Positions 14,010-27,680 of a stretch of 64,000 nucleotides of DNA are shown piece after piece (the stretch's first letter is position 1; every line of letters starts with the position of its first letter). The stretch comes from Octopus sinensis (Eukaryota): the NCBI RefSeq assembly GCF_006345805.1, contig NC_042998.1, positions 136,462,001 through 136,526,000 of the forward strand, read 5' to 3'. Below the pieces are notes generated by a model that saw nothing but the letters and a program-made list of their open reading frames with translations, was not told where the DNA came from and searched no databases. A program made the position numbers and the translations under genes.

Positions 14010-15040
14010 ATCTCTCTTCGCTCTTATACGCCATTGGTGGTCTCAACACTCCCCCCTCCTCATCTAACCCCCCTCTCCCCCCTCCTCACCTATCCTTTCT
14101 CCCCCCGACCCCTACTTCTTCAGTCCTTCATCCTTTCACCCCTACTCCCCTTCCCTTCTTCCCTCTTTCTCTCCCTCCCTCTTCCCCTTCCCTCTGCTCC
14201 CTCACTCCCTCTCTCCCCTCTCTCTCTCCCCCTCTCCCTCTTTCCTCCTTCATCCCCCTCTTCACCTTCCTTCTCCCCCATCGTCTCCTCTTCCCCCTCT
14301 CCTCCCCCTCTTCTTCCTCTCCCCCCTCTTCTCCCCCTCCCCCTCTTCTCCTCACTACACCACACATGACTTTACACATCACATCACATATATGATGTGC
14401 CATACTAATACACACACCAACTAATACATACTAATACGTACTAATACTACTAGTACATACTAATACTTACACCAACCCTATACATACACACGTCCAGACC
14501 CCGCATACGCACTTATACTCTCTCACACACACACACACACCTATACATACCAATACGTACTAATACATACTAATACATACTAATACATACACCAACCCCA
14601 TACATACGCACGTCCAGACCAATCTTACGCACTAATACTCTCTCATACACACACACACACACCCTTATACATACTAATACATACACCAACCCTATACATA
14701 CACACATCCAGACCCCTCCCACGCACTTTTAGCTGGTCCCTCAACCCTTTTATATCAACCCTATTATCTCCCCTTATTTCGCTCTCGCGTCTCATGTTTG
14801 ATCTCAGACCTCTGGCCGAAATCAGATCGCCATGTTGATTCGTTAGCTACTGCACGCATTTTTTTCTCTCCTCTCTTCTTCTGTTTTTCTCTCTCTGTGT
14901 ATCTTTCTGTTGAAGAGCGTAGGCTCGAAACGTTAAAGACTTGTTTTATTTATATTTCCTGAGCGCCATACTAATACAATTGTTCGTTTGTTTTCCACCT
15001 GCCTTCGTCTTTTGTTTATTTTCATAAAGCTTCCCGTTAT
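14010..15040 (+). mobile_element. Penelope-like non-autonomous element (CT-rich, then CA-rich, then variant hammerhead at 14902-14939)
   Basis: tcttt-CTGTTGAA-gagc-gtag-gctc-GAAAC-GTT-aaaga; shares tcgccatg..tagctact.cacgcattttt with ~53453-53490; a 3' fragment recurs inverted at 45600-45685. Confidence 0.55.
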
Positions 15041-15052
15041 ATATATACATAA

Positions 15053-15102
<50 letters not shown>

Positions 15103-15116
15103 TATATTACACACAC

Positions 15117-15154
<38 letters not shown>

Positions 15155-15214
15155 CATATATATACATATATCTGTATATATATACATATAATATATACAT
15201 ATATATATATACAT

Positions 15215-15261
<47 letters not shown>

Positions 15262-15268
<7 letters not shown>

Positions 15269-15942
15269 GATATAGGATAAAATTTTTCGGGAAAAAATTT
15301 TATCAATGGCCAGCATATCAAAAAATGCCTTTAAAGGTAAAATTCATACATAATTTACAAGATAAGGGCAGAAGAAAAATTCTAATGCCAGATACGCCGA
15401 AACAAAAAATTGTCGATAACCATTAAATTTATGCGTCTCGAAACAAACCGATAGAAATCTCTAAAAAATTTGTTATTACCGTATTGGTCCAATTTCGGGG
15501 TTAATTCACAAGAAATTTTCCCCTCTTCAGCGGCACATACGCGAGATATAAATGAAATACTTATTCATACCCATGGAAGAAGCAAGCACCAAGTCCCGAG
15601 CAGACTTAAGTACCCCAAATATATCCAAATAGAAAAATCTTCGGCGCACCTCGAGACACGTGTGATTCGAACTAGAAACTTTCACAGAGTGATAGAATCC
15701 GGAAGTGAACACTAATCTATTTATAATTGATATAGGATAACATTTTTTGGGAAAAAATTTTTATCAATGGCCAGCATATCAAAAAATGCCTTTAAAGGTA
15801 AAATTTATACATAATTTACAAGATAAGGGCAGAAGAAAAATTCTAATGCCAGATACGCCGAAACAAAAAATTTTTATGATTATCGACAATTTTTTGTTTC
15901 AGCGTATCTGGCATTAGAATTTTTCTTCTGCCCTTATCTTGT

Positions 15943-15948
<6 letters not shown>
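15262..15948 (-). mobile_element. Penelope-like element: 460-bp unit, partial direct repeat and short inverted repeat
   Basis: 15262.. is repeated at 15722..15870; 15880-15948 is an inverted copy of 15352-15419; flanked by (TA)n. Confidence 0.7.
15477..15535 (-). ncRNA. Type I hammerhead ribozyme
   Basis: Minus strand tgccg-CTGAAGA-gggg..cccc-GAAA-ttggacca-ATA-cggta; stems I, II and III all pair; AUA cleavage triplet. Confidence 0.75.
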
Positions 15949-15984
<36 letters not shown>

Positions 15985-15991
15985 ATATATA

Positions 15992-17621
15992 CAGTGGCGG
16001 CCAAAATGTTCAGAACGGCATTGTTTTTCGTCAGAAAAGTAGATATAATTTTTTATCAAAGTTGTTTTATATTCTATAATTTTCACAGACCATAAATACG
16101 ATATTATTTGTTATTGCCTGAGATTTTGGTGTAATTTGAGAGGATAATACAAAAGTTATGGGTGATTTAGTGATTTACTGCAAAACCCATGGCGGCCAAA
16201 ATGATCAGAACGGTTGCTTTTACTCCGTGTTTTAGTACATTTAACCGGCGAACTCAAATGTTTTGAACGGGTTTACGTGACGGTCCGTTTACTAAACATT
16301 AGTAAAAATATCTGCAGTGTACTTTGTTAATATAATGCCACTTACTCCGTTACCAATTCGTCAGCAGATTATTAAGCTTCGAAGGAAGGATAATTTAAGT
16401 ATTGGATCTATTACAAAGATTGTTAACAAGTCAAAAAGTGTTGTACACGGTATTCTTAAGGTCTACGATGATTGTGGTTCGTGTGAAGCAAGAAAGTTTA
16501 CAGGTAGGCCAAGAAAAACGACCAAGAGAGAAGATCGTGCTATGGTAAAGTTGGTTAAAAAGGACAGATTTAAAACTGCTGCTGCTGTTTCTCGGAAAAT
16601 GAGCATTGTATTGAAGAAAACTTTATCTCGAAAAACTGTGTCTCGTCGTTTAGTTGAACATGACCTACCAGCAAGAGCACCTGCAGTGAAGCCACTGATC
16701 AGCTCCAAGAATAAAAATTGTCGTCTTATCTTTGCAACCAAACATGTGTTGTGGTCTCAAGAAAAATGGCAAACGGTGCATTTCAGTGATGAATCTAAGT
16801 TTATGTTATTTGGCTCAGATGGGAAAAGGTACGTTCGTAGAAAAGTAGGTGAAAAATTGTGGCCTAAATGCCTTAAGACTAGTGTTAAATTCGGTGGAGG
16901 AAGTGTCATGGTTTAGGGGATGATATCTGGAGATGGTGTGGGCCCTTTGGTACGATTACATGGAAAGGTAAATGCAGGAGTTTATAAACAACTTGTAAAA
17001 GATCATGTCTTGCCTGTGCTGAGAAATTCAACTAAGCGACCACCCATATTCATGCAGGACAATGCCCCATGTCACAAGGCTAAAGTGGTCATGAACTTCC
17101 TTAAGGCTGAAAAGGTTATTGTTATGGATTGGCCTGCTCAAAGCCCAGATTTCAATCCTATTGAAAATGTATGGAATATTCTAGGAGAACGTTCGAAAGC
17201 CAGAAATCCTAAAACAACTGAGCAATTATAGAATGCCCTTCAGGAAGAATGGAATAAGATCACCCAGCAAGAAATTGAAAATTTAATTTCCTCATGCAGT
17301 CAAAGATGTCAGAGTGTGATTGAAGCTAAAGGGCTTCACACTAAATATTAAATAATTCCAGTATTCTCTGTCATTTTTGAATATTTTGTTATTTTTTCAA
17401 CCGTTCTGATCATTTTGGCCGCCATGGGTTTTGCAGTAAATCACTAAATCATCCATAACTTTTGTATTATCCTCTCAAATTACACCAAAATCTCAGACAA
17501 TAACTATTAATATTGTATTTATTGTCTGTGAAAATTATAGAATATAAAACAACTTTAATAAAAACTTATATCTACTTTTCTGACGAAAACAATACCGTTC
17601 TGAACATTTTGGCCGCAACTT
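15992..17621 (+). mobile_element. Tc1 DNA transposon, IR/DR type
   Basis: ~220-bp TIRs starting cagtggcggccaaaatg, each with an inner direct repeat (ggcggccaaaatg.tcagaacgg at ~15996 and ~16191); TA target. Confidence 0.95.
16335..17351 (+). pseudogene. Tc1 DD34E transposase (338 codons) with two in-frame TAG stops and no frameshift
   Basis: GRPRKT, FSDES, FMQDNA-34aa-NPIEN; TAG at 16914 and 17229. Confidence 0.9.
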
Positions 17622-17626
17622 TATAT

Positions 17627-17764
<138 letters not shown>

Positions 17765-17849
17765 ATATATTTATGTCTGTGTGTGAGTGAGTGTTTATCT
17801 TTGTTCCTCACCAATATTTGACAACAAGTATGTGTTTCTTTGTGGACGC

Positions 17850-18095
17850 GCGTGGGTTTGTGGTTAGGGTGTCAGCATCATGATTGTAAGATCGTGGTAT
17901 CGATTCCTGGACCGGGTGACGAGTTGTGTTCTTGAGGAAAACACTTCATTTCACGTTGCTCCAGTTCACTCAGCTGGCAAAAATGAGTAACGCTGCGATG
18001 GACTGGCGTCCCATCCAGCTGGGGAACACATACGCCATTGAAACCGAGAAACCGGGCCCATGAGCCTGGCTAGGCTTTAAAAGAGCGCATTTATT
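17850..18095 (+). mobile_element. tRNA-derived SINE (second family)
   Basis: gtggttagggtgtcagcatcatga..tcgattcctggaccgg; close copy at 48390-48600. Confidence 0.75.
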
Positions 18096-18151
18096 TTTTA
18101 TTATTTATGGGTTTCTTTACATCCCAGTGCCTAGTGGTTCAGCAAAAGAGG

Positions 18152-18779
18152 CCGATGGAAATACCTATTTCTTTACTACCCACAAGGGGCTAAACACAGA
18201 GAGGACAAACAAGGACAGACAACCGGATTAAGCCGATTACATTGACCCCAGTGCGTAATTGGTACTTATTTAATCGACCCCGAAAGGATGAAAGGCAAAG
18301 TCGACCACGGCGGAATTTGAACTCAGAACGTAGCGGCAGACGAAATACCTATATCTTTACTACCCACAAGGGGTTAAACACAGAGAGGACAAACAAGGAC
18401 AGACAAACGGATTAAGTCGATTACATTGACCCCAGTGCGTAATTGGTACTTATTTAATCGACCCCGAAAGGATGAAAGGCAAAGTCGACGACGGCGGAAT
18501 TTGAACTCAGAACGTAGCGGCAGATGAAATACCTATTTCTTTACTACCCACAAGGGGCTAAACACAGAGAGGACAAACAAGGACAGACAAACAGATTAAG
18601 TCGATTATATTGATCCCAGTGCGTAACTGGTACTTATATAATCGACCCCGAAAGGATGAAAGGCAAAGTCGACGACGGCGGAATTTGAACTCAGAATGTA
18701 GTGGCAGACGAAATACCGCAAAGCATTTCGCCCGGCGTGCTTACGTTTCTGCCAACTTCCGCCTTCCGATGGAAATACC
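18152..18779 (-). mobile_element. SINE with a triplicated 184-bp body and a 14-bp TSD
   Basis: Units start at 18158, 18342 and 18526; ccgatggaaatacc at 18152 and 18766. Confidence 0.85.
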
Positions 18780-19439
18780 AGGCATAAAATAACTACTGGC
18801 GTCGACCATGCCCTTCAAGGTAAAGCGCACGCACGGCTACATTCCAATAACTGAAACACGTAAAAAAATAGAAGATATTCACCATCACAAAAGTTTTTCT
18901 ATTTTGTTTCCGGACACCATTCCTATTGATTCTATACTGAATATAGTTTTAGCGACAACACCATGCAACATGGAAAGGAATTTCTTTATGTTCGTTTTCG
19001 ATGATCACTGCTTACGTATAATGATTAACCCGTGTAATCAACATCTTGGTTCGCATCTTTTGGCTGTCAGAGATTTAGTTTTTTGCTCAGCATATATCTT
19101 ATTAACTGCCTATATCTTGCTCTTTGTATTGCAAAAGCATAAATCGTGAAATGCAATGAAGCGTAACATCCATGAGTTCAAAATGTTAATATTCTCGATG
19201 ATATTTCATTTCAATCTTGAGTTATTAAGAAACTATTTTTTTAACCTATGCTCTTTCCATGCTGGCATGAGTTCAACAATAATTATTGTGGAAGTATTCT
19301 GCTGTTAAATGCTGCTTCTAATAGCAGCCTTTATTTTCTTAAGGAAGCTACTTTATTTCACTGGCTTCACATCGTACTACCGAAGTATGGGACATTGATT
19401 ATTCAGGTCTTAAACAGATGCTGCCTAAATGGTGTCAAT

Positions 19440-19495
<56 letters not shown>

Positions 19496-21465
19496 CTTTT
19501 ATTTGTTTCAGTGGACTGTGGCCATGCTTAAGGATCGTCTTGAAGGATATCAGTCGAACAAATCGACCCCAGAACTTACTGATTTAAAATCCGGTATTTA
19601 TTCTACTGATACCTTTTGCCAAACCACTAAGTTACAAGGACGCAAACAAACCAACACCTGGTTGTCAAGCGGTGGGGAAAGGTATAAACATGCACATATA
19701 CGATGGGCTTTCACACAGTTTCCGTCTACCAATATTCGCTCACAAGGAATTGGTCCAGTTGGGGCTGTTGTAGAAGACACTCGCCGAAGACGTCATGCAA
19801 TGGTCAAAACGTAGGACATACCTATTTTGTTTTATCTCTCATCTGTTTCAGTCACTGAGTTGCGACCATGCTGAGGCACTGCCTCGAATAAACTGTCCCT
19901 AGTATTTATTTTTGAAGTCTGGTACTTATTCTATTGGTCTATTTTGCTGAATCGGTAAGGGGATGTAACAAACCAACAGCAGTTGTCGAGCTGTCAAGCA
20001 GTGGTGGGACGGGACATACATACGTACACACATACTGGATTCAACTTTTGGCCCATGGCCAACAACTTCGGGGGAGTGGGTAAGTCGATTACATCAACTC
20101 CAGTACTCATTGTATCGACCTCGAAAGAATGAAAGGCAAAGCCGACCTTGGCGGAATTCGAACTCAGAACTTAAAGACGGACGAAATGTCGTTAAACATT
20201 TTGCCCGGCGTGGTTACGATTCTGCCAGCTCGCTGTCTCATTCGTTAATTTAATTATTGAGAATAAATATGTAATTGTATTTTTCACTCCCTGTCTGTCT
20301 GTCTGTCTCTCTCTCTGTTTTTCACTTTGACAAAGCTGAATAACTTTTGCTGTCTTCAGTACCACCCACTCTTTCTCGCTCTCGCAGACGCACGTACACA
20401 TGCAGACTAATGTGCAAATTATACGTAATGTTCAGTTCAGCAGAGATTCGCATGACCTCATTAGAGTGGGAGTGGTAGAACAACATTCAAACAAGTTTGG
20501 ATGGTGATTTTTCAGTCAAGCAGGCTGTTTATTCTTTGGCATCTTCGGTAGTGCAGGAAAACGTTTCCCGGCCAATATCAGATTACAAAAAGAACTGTTT
20601 TTGACAGTTTTCTGTAAAGCTTGCATTCATTTGCAGCTTCCATACTGTTCGGCTTCGCATTGAAGATACTCTCTCTCTTTCTCTCTCTCTCTCTCTCTGC
20701 CTCCCTCTCTCTCTCTTTTACCCATTTCACACAACAAGCTGTCGTTACAGTCTGCAAAGAACACATACACCTCCCACGCACATATGTTACACATTCCTCT
20801 CATACATAGACACATACACACGTCTGCTTATTACACGGAAGCGTATTTTTATGCTGAGGATATTGTGTTTTTGCAGTTGTTACTTGTGATGAAAATTGCC
20901 TCACCAATGTTGAAGAATTGCATATGAAGTTACAGACCATACTTTTGTTGTCTTTTACTTGTGTCAGTCATTGGACTGCGACCATGCTGGTGCACCACCT
21001 AGAAGAGTTTAATCTTACAAACCAACCCCAGTACATATTTAAAAAGAAACAACAATTTTAAGCTCATACTAATTCCATCGGTCTCTTTTGCCCAGCTGCT
21101 AAATTACAGGGACGTAAACAAACCAGTACCGTTATCGAGCGGTGGTGGGGGAGACAGACAGACATAAAGACATGCACATACATACATACATACATACACA
21201 CACGCGACAGATTTCCACATACTAAATCCATTCACAAGGCATTGGTCGACCTAGGGATATAGTAGTAGACATTTTCCCTCAGTGCTATGCAGTAGGACTT
21301 AACCGAAAACCATGTGGTAGCAAAATGAGCTTTTTAACCACACTGCCATACCTGTGACTATAGATAATATTGTCAATGTAAAAATTTATTACAATCATTT
21401 ACAAAGATTTTATAATTTCAGTTACTACCGATTGAAGCTTCTATTGCGTGTTAGCAGCATATATA

Positions 21466-21682
21466 CAAAGGGTGCTGAGAAATTCGTGACTTTAAGGGAA
21501 TCGCGAAAGGCCTGGATCGAGGCCCAGCTTTCCGAGTTCTTTTACAGGGCTTATAAAAACTGAAGGACCGCTGCAGTAAGTGTGTGAATCTAAGAGGAGA
21601 ATATGTTGAATAAAATCATAATTTACTGATACTCCTATATTTTCGTTTACTCAAAGCCAGAAACTTTTCAGCATCCCCTCGT
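21466..21682. mobile_element. Mariner-derived MITE
   Basis: Imperfect TIRs caaagggtgctgagaaattc / gaaacttttcagcatcccctcg, TA-flanked. Confidence 0.7.
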
Positions 21683-23559
21683 AAGCGTGTTTGTTATAAC
21701 ATTTTGTATTAATGCATATGTGACAGGTAGGTAGCTGGTCAGCCATAGCTGTAATTTGTTACTGTTGTAGCTATTGCATTGATGATAACAACGAAGGAAG
21801 ATAGGGAAAATGAAAGGCCTTGTTTATCGTGAAAGAAAGGCTTTGTCTTTAGAGAAGGAAAGCTTCGCCTCTTTGTGGTGAAGGGGATTAACCCAAGACC
21901 AACTTAACCTAGTGTTAAAAATTCGTCTCCGCGTGGTTGTATGAATAGGGAGAAGGTAATATGAGCAGGCACGAAGTGTTCATTCCTACAGTATGGTACT
22001 GGAATAAACTCTTTGTGTCTGCTTTTATTATGAGAAGATTTAATGAGATAGAAATCGGAAAAGTCAAGGCAGAATCTTTGCACCAACATTTCATCTTATC
22101 ACCAATGAAAAGTTGATCATAAGATTGATAGCCATAAGAACAAGGAGAACAAGCACTTCCAGAATTTAATTGATCGAATTTCGGCAAAGTTTTACGTTAC
22201 ATATTAGATATTTATTCCGAAAGTTTTTATTCATCTCAATCATCATGGACCCTTGACATTACTATTTCAAGTTCTAGGACTTATAGGGCCGGTTATCTGG
22301 TTTCCATGATGTATAAATTGGCTGAAATCACAACTTCCCCCCTGAACTGCACGCCAGTCCGTCGCAGAGTTACTAATTTACAGCTGAGAGGATTGGGTTA
22401 ATGTGAAATACATTGCTTTGCCAAAGAGTACAACATACTACTCGGTCCAGGAATCGAAACTACGATCTTTCGATCTTGCAACAACTTAACCACTAGGCCA
22501 CGTGCCTTCAGTTTTTGTTATCACTTAATAAATAATTTTTATTTCACAGATATTACTTTTGGTATTTTCTACATCTACAAGGTGGCAAGTTGGCAGAATC
22601 GTTAGCATATTGGGCAATATGCTTAGCAGCATTTCGTCCGTCTTTACGTTCCGAGTTCAAATTCCGCCGAGTACCAGTCAATGAAATCAACTTCGCCCTT
22701 CCCCTGAAATTGCTGGACTTATGCCAAAACTTGAGACCAATATTTTCTCCATCTGCAAACATTAATAAATGTTAAGGCTACATAAACCTAGAACGTACAA
22801 CTCGAATTTTTTTTATCGTACCTAATTTGCAGAACCAACAGTGATAATCAAATAGTTTCCTTGTAATACTGTTTGACCAAGCGTAAAGATTAGATTTAAA
22901 ACGAAACTTTTGTTGAATTAAAGAAAACAAGAGATTTAGACATTAATGGTTGTTACTATTCGATTAATACCCACGCACAATTTTTACCGGTATAGAAATA
23001 AACAAATGGTGACGAATAGAAAATTCATTATGATCGTTCACATGAAATACGAAATGAGGACAAATTTTAATTATAAAAACATAATTAAGTCTAATGAGAT
23101 AAGGATAGTTATTATTATATGTATTATGGTTACAACAGTTGAATTAAAGGACGTTAACATAACTGAATATGAAACCATCTTTAAAAGTAGTGTAGTGGCT
23201 ATCATTTTACACCGAGCTAAATTAACCATGGAGAATTTAGATAAGTCGATCATGATCATTATGAATTATTATAGTTATCACTTATAGTTTTAAATAGAGT
23301 ATTCACACTCATGTCAGTAAGAGTTAAATATATATAGTGACAAATTATACACACATATATATATATAAATGTATACACACACATATGTGTGCGCGCGGGC
23401 GTGTATGTGAAGAAAAGTTCAAGAAAAGATATGTAGCGCTCGGAAACATATTTATTTTAGAGTTGGCAATAATTCTATGACACTGCATTTAACATATGCC
23501 TTTCCCTTCACAATATAAATTAACTGTATCTTTCACCGAAAGTCTAAATAAATAAATAA

Positions 23560-23685
<126 letters not shown>

Positions 23686-24389
23686 GGCATGGTTATGGTT
23701 TTTAAGTAGTTTGTTTTGCAACAACATATTTTCGGGTTCAGTTCTACTATGTGGCATGTGCACTTTAAGCAAGTGTCATCTACTATACTTTAGGGTCGAC
23801 TAGTACTTGTGACTGAATTTGGTAGATGGAAATTTTGGTGAAGCTTCATATATATTTATATATATATATGTATATATAGTTTACGTTCTGATTTCAAATT
23901 CTGCTGAGGTCGACTTTGCTTTTCACCTTTCGGAGTCGATGAATTAAGTACCAGTTGCGTACTGGGTCGATCTAATCGACTGTCCCCTCCCCCAAAATTT
24001 CGGGCCTTGTGCCTAGAGCAGAGAAGATAAGAATATTAATATATATATCTATATAATTAACAAGCAGTTAACTCGTGATTAAGTTAGGATTATTAAGCTA
24101 ATCAAGCTCTTTATTTCAAAGCAAACTAAGTAACATCGACGTCAAATTGAGTGAAATCCGTTGAAATTGGTAAACTTTTGGCTGAAATTTTGCAGACAAT
24201 TTGATTGGGAAATCCCATAAGGAATAGGTTTCTCGATTTTTCCACCCATCGATTTTTTTTTCATGCAACCCCACTTTGCCCATGGGTTGAGAAGCCTTCC
24301 AGCAAGGAAAATAGAATGCCCAAAAGGGCCCCCGATCCTCTGTGTGAGAAGCGGTTATGTTCAGATCACAACTAAGTTTATATATATGG

Positions 24390-24447
<58 letters not shown>

Positions 24448-25212
24448 ACACACACACACACACACACGCACACACACACATACACACACACAAAAAAAAC
24501 ATATACGTACATACACCTATTGCAAACACGTTTTTGTACGTCTTTGCCCCTACCACTGTCCCACCACCACCACCACCACCTCCTACCCGAGTAATACCAT
24601 CAATTGAAGCAAATTTGGCTTTCGGAAGTAAGTTTTGTAACAGGAATAGAGAAGCCTACCTTCTCCGGCAGAGATGTGAAAGTCATACCTCTCCTTTCGA
24701 AAACATGAACAGTTTCGAAACATTGTTTACAAAATAATAGATGATCATTTGCGAAGGAGCGTGTCTACAGTCAACACGTAGGTCTTTTGCTCTGGTAACC
24801 TCTGCTATACCCCATGTTCACGCACGACTAGCTATATATCGCTATGAGTAGAGCAACGGATTCAGCTAATTTGGAAATTAGTTGTGGAGAAACGGAGAAT
24901 ATCGTTCATGTTGCCCGTATATAAATACGCGCAACACACACACACACACACACATTGCATACATGTGACTTTTTACGCATACATGCTAGTGTATGTGTGA
25001 CTGAAGCCATTCACACATACATACATACATACATGGAAAATAACTCCCCTCAAGATCATTGGTTTTGTGTCAAAATCAGAAACCATTACGGGGGAAAATA
25101 ATTTGACGAAAATACAGCTAGGATGGTGACGAATGTCCTCCTAAAATTTGAGCGACATGCGAGCTAATGTGTGGATGTGCATAAACTACAATCACGTACA
25201 CACACTCACACA

Positions 25213-25257
<45 letters not shown>

Positions 25258-25699
25258 ACACACATCTTGCCTTATATATATATACAGATGATATCCTATG
25301 GATGTGAAAATGTCCTCATAAATGAACATGTTGGATGCAAAAAAGTTTTTGGACCGATAATTTCTTTTTAAATTAGGAATTCTAACAATGAGAACTTTCG
25401 AATACACAGGCCTACAGTTTTCTTGTTAGAGCATTTGAAATGAATGTAGAAACTCTGGATATAATGAATTAAATAAGAATGTATTTTCTCAGTCAGCTCA
25501 AGTTTTTCAATAACACCTGTATTTGATAAAACCTTCGTTTTAGGTAAAATTCTCGGTTGGTAAAGAAGGGGTAAAGTTGTAGAAGCAAGTTGATACTGCC
25601 TAAACACTGCAAAATTATTTCATTAACATTGAAAAATCAAGAGGAATATGAACCAACGTGGAAGAATATAAAATTTTGAAGATTTTCACCTGTGTTTCT

Positions 25700-27680
25700 C
25701 ACTAGGTAAGTCACGTTTTAGAAACCAACTGCATTGTCTCTGGTACCTTTCTTTCATAGTATAAATATTTTGGTGGAATCTTTCTCCTCTTGTCATCGTT
25801 ATAATCTCTAGCAAACCTTGAGAAATAATCCAGATGCCATCTGCAAAAATGTAATTTTACTGACATACATATTCGTAGAGTCTCAAACCCCTACATCAGT
25901 TTTTCAATGATATGCACATATTTTGAACTTCAGAGATTTTTCAAGAATGTTATTAGCTTATGATTTCAAGGGTTGCCATACATTCTTCTCTGTCTCACTC
26001 ATTGTTTTTAGAATTATTTCGCCTTCATTAAGCTTCTAATCTGAAGGCCATGAAAAATACCTGCATATAATTTAGGACCACTGACTTGTAGACATTTCTG
26101 TGTTAAGAAAATAAACGCTGGCCTTGAAAAGGGCCGCGAGCTGGCAGAATCGTTAGAGTGTTGGAAACAATGTCCCACTGTATTCGTTTCATCTCTTTAT
26201 GTTCTGAGTTCCAACCCCTCTAAGGTCAAATTTACCTCTCCTACCACCAGAGCCGATAAAAATAAAGTGCAAGTGCTGGTGCCGATAGAATCGACTAACT
26301 CCCCTCAAGATCATTGGTTTTGCGTCAAAATCAGAAACCATTAATGACCTTGACAAACTTTTTTATTAATAGAGTTTCATATGAAGAAAAGACAACGTAA
26401 TTTGACGACGATTGACTAGAAATTCAAGCAATCATATTATATAAGCCAAGTTGATGAGCTTCTTCATTTTCCTCATTGTGTTTGTCATCTCAGCTGTCCT
26501 ATAAAGAAAACACAGCCACTTAGTCCAACCTGAAAAGAAATGGAATATTATGAAATATGAAAAATAATGTCAAATGAGATGATATGAAATAAATGTAAAA
26601 CGAAAAAATATGTAGAATGATATGTAATATTTTTATCTTTAAATCTCAACAAATCTTCTAATTATTGCCATTGTACTTCAGATTATTCGGTAAGATTTCC
26701 AATTTTCACAACTCTCAATTAATCTGAACGCACAACAGGAACACATGCAACCTTATTGCCAATGTTTAGAAGTACAGCTTTAGTAATCGTCCCGAAGAGT
26801 CAATAAAAGGTTTCCATGCCAATGTTCTCTAACGTCCATACAATATTCTAATAACGTATTCGTGCGAAACTTTATCTATTTTGTGATAGTAGAAGTATTA
26901 CATTCATGGTGCAAGTAAATTGTTTAATCAAAACGTGAACGGAAGGAGTTAGCTAAACTCTTATGACAAGCCTAAATCACTAATTGCATGATTCGTTGCG
27001 CTGGACTTAGAGGTCTTCGCTGGTTTTCATAAGTACTTGGAGCATTGACATGTTTACACTATCAATTTGATAATATGGATACTTCAGGAAAATATATGCT
27101 CTTGTCTACTGTTGATATCAGAATTCCTGGTTCACGAGGCACTGACTTCATGACAGAAGGACATTCGGATACACAATATGGTGTCAGTTCTTCATTGAGG
27201 CTGTCAATTTCAAACTGGTAAAATTTTTAGTCAATTTCATTTTATGGCTCTACACAATTCTGTATCTAAGTTTCTTTACAAAATACTTTAAATTTAACTA
27301 CGCTTCAATGTGTGTAAAATAGAATTAAATATAATTAGTGTTTATTAAAAAGAAATTTTTAAACATGAGCTGATCTTGTAAGTTAGTCTTGCAAACATAA
27401 TAGTCCCTCACATGATCGATAACTTATTTTCATACTATCGGAATACCAAAAAGAAAGGGATATCATTTTGCCGTAATCCAAACGTCATAAATTGTCAATA
27501 TACATTCTACAACATGAACGACATACAAAACTTTTATCTTTATCTCTCAACTTAATTTCAAATAGGCGCAATAGTATGATTTCATAAATTGAATCAATTT
27601 AATTATGTTGATCAGACGTTGTTGCTTTGCAGCAAACGCAATAAAACTTTTTGGGGTTATTTTTTAACTCTCTATTCATG
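25700..27680 (-). pseudogene. Fossil Chapaev3-type (CMC superfamily) transposase, interrupted by intron-like gaps and a SINE
   Basis: Ordered minus-strand fragments: MNRELKNNPKKFYCVCC, FGIPIV, PSVMKSVPRE, DLGLS, WKPFIDSS..LKAVLLNIGN, GWTKWLCFL, KLYAGIFHG, MSVKLHF..WHLDYF, GERFHQNIYTMKERYQ. These match recalled Chapaev3 motifs. Confidence 0.8.
26130..26343 (+). mobile_element. SINE inserted in the Chapaev3 fossil
   Basis: gcgagctggcagaatcgttag..gttctgagttc head. Confidence 0.75.

Noticed and set aside
25719-26530. Apparent exons of a third host gene (good acceptors at ~25841, ~26061, ~26531)
   Set aside because: The translations are frameshifted Chapaev3 transposase motifs.
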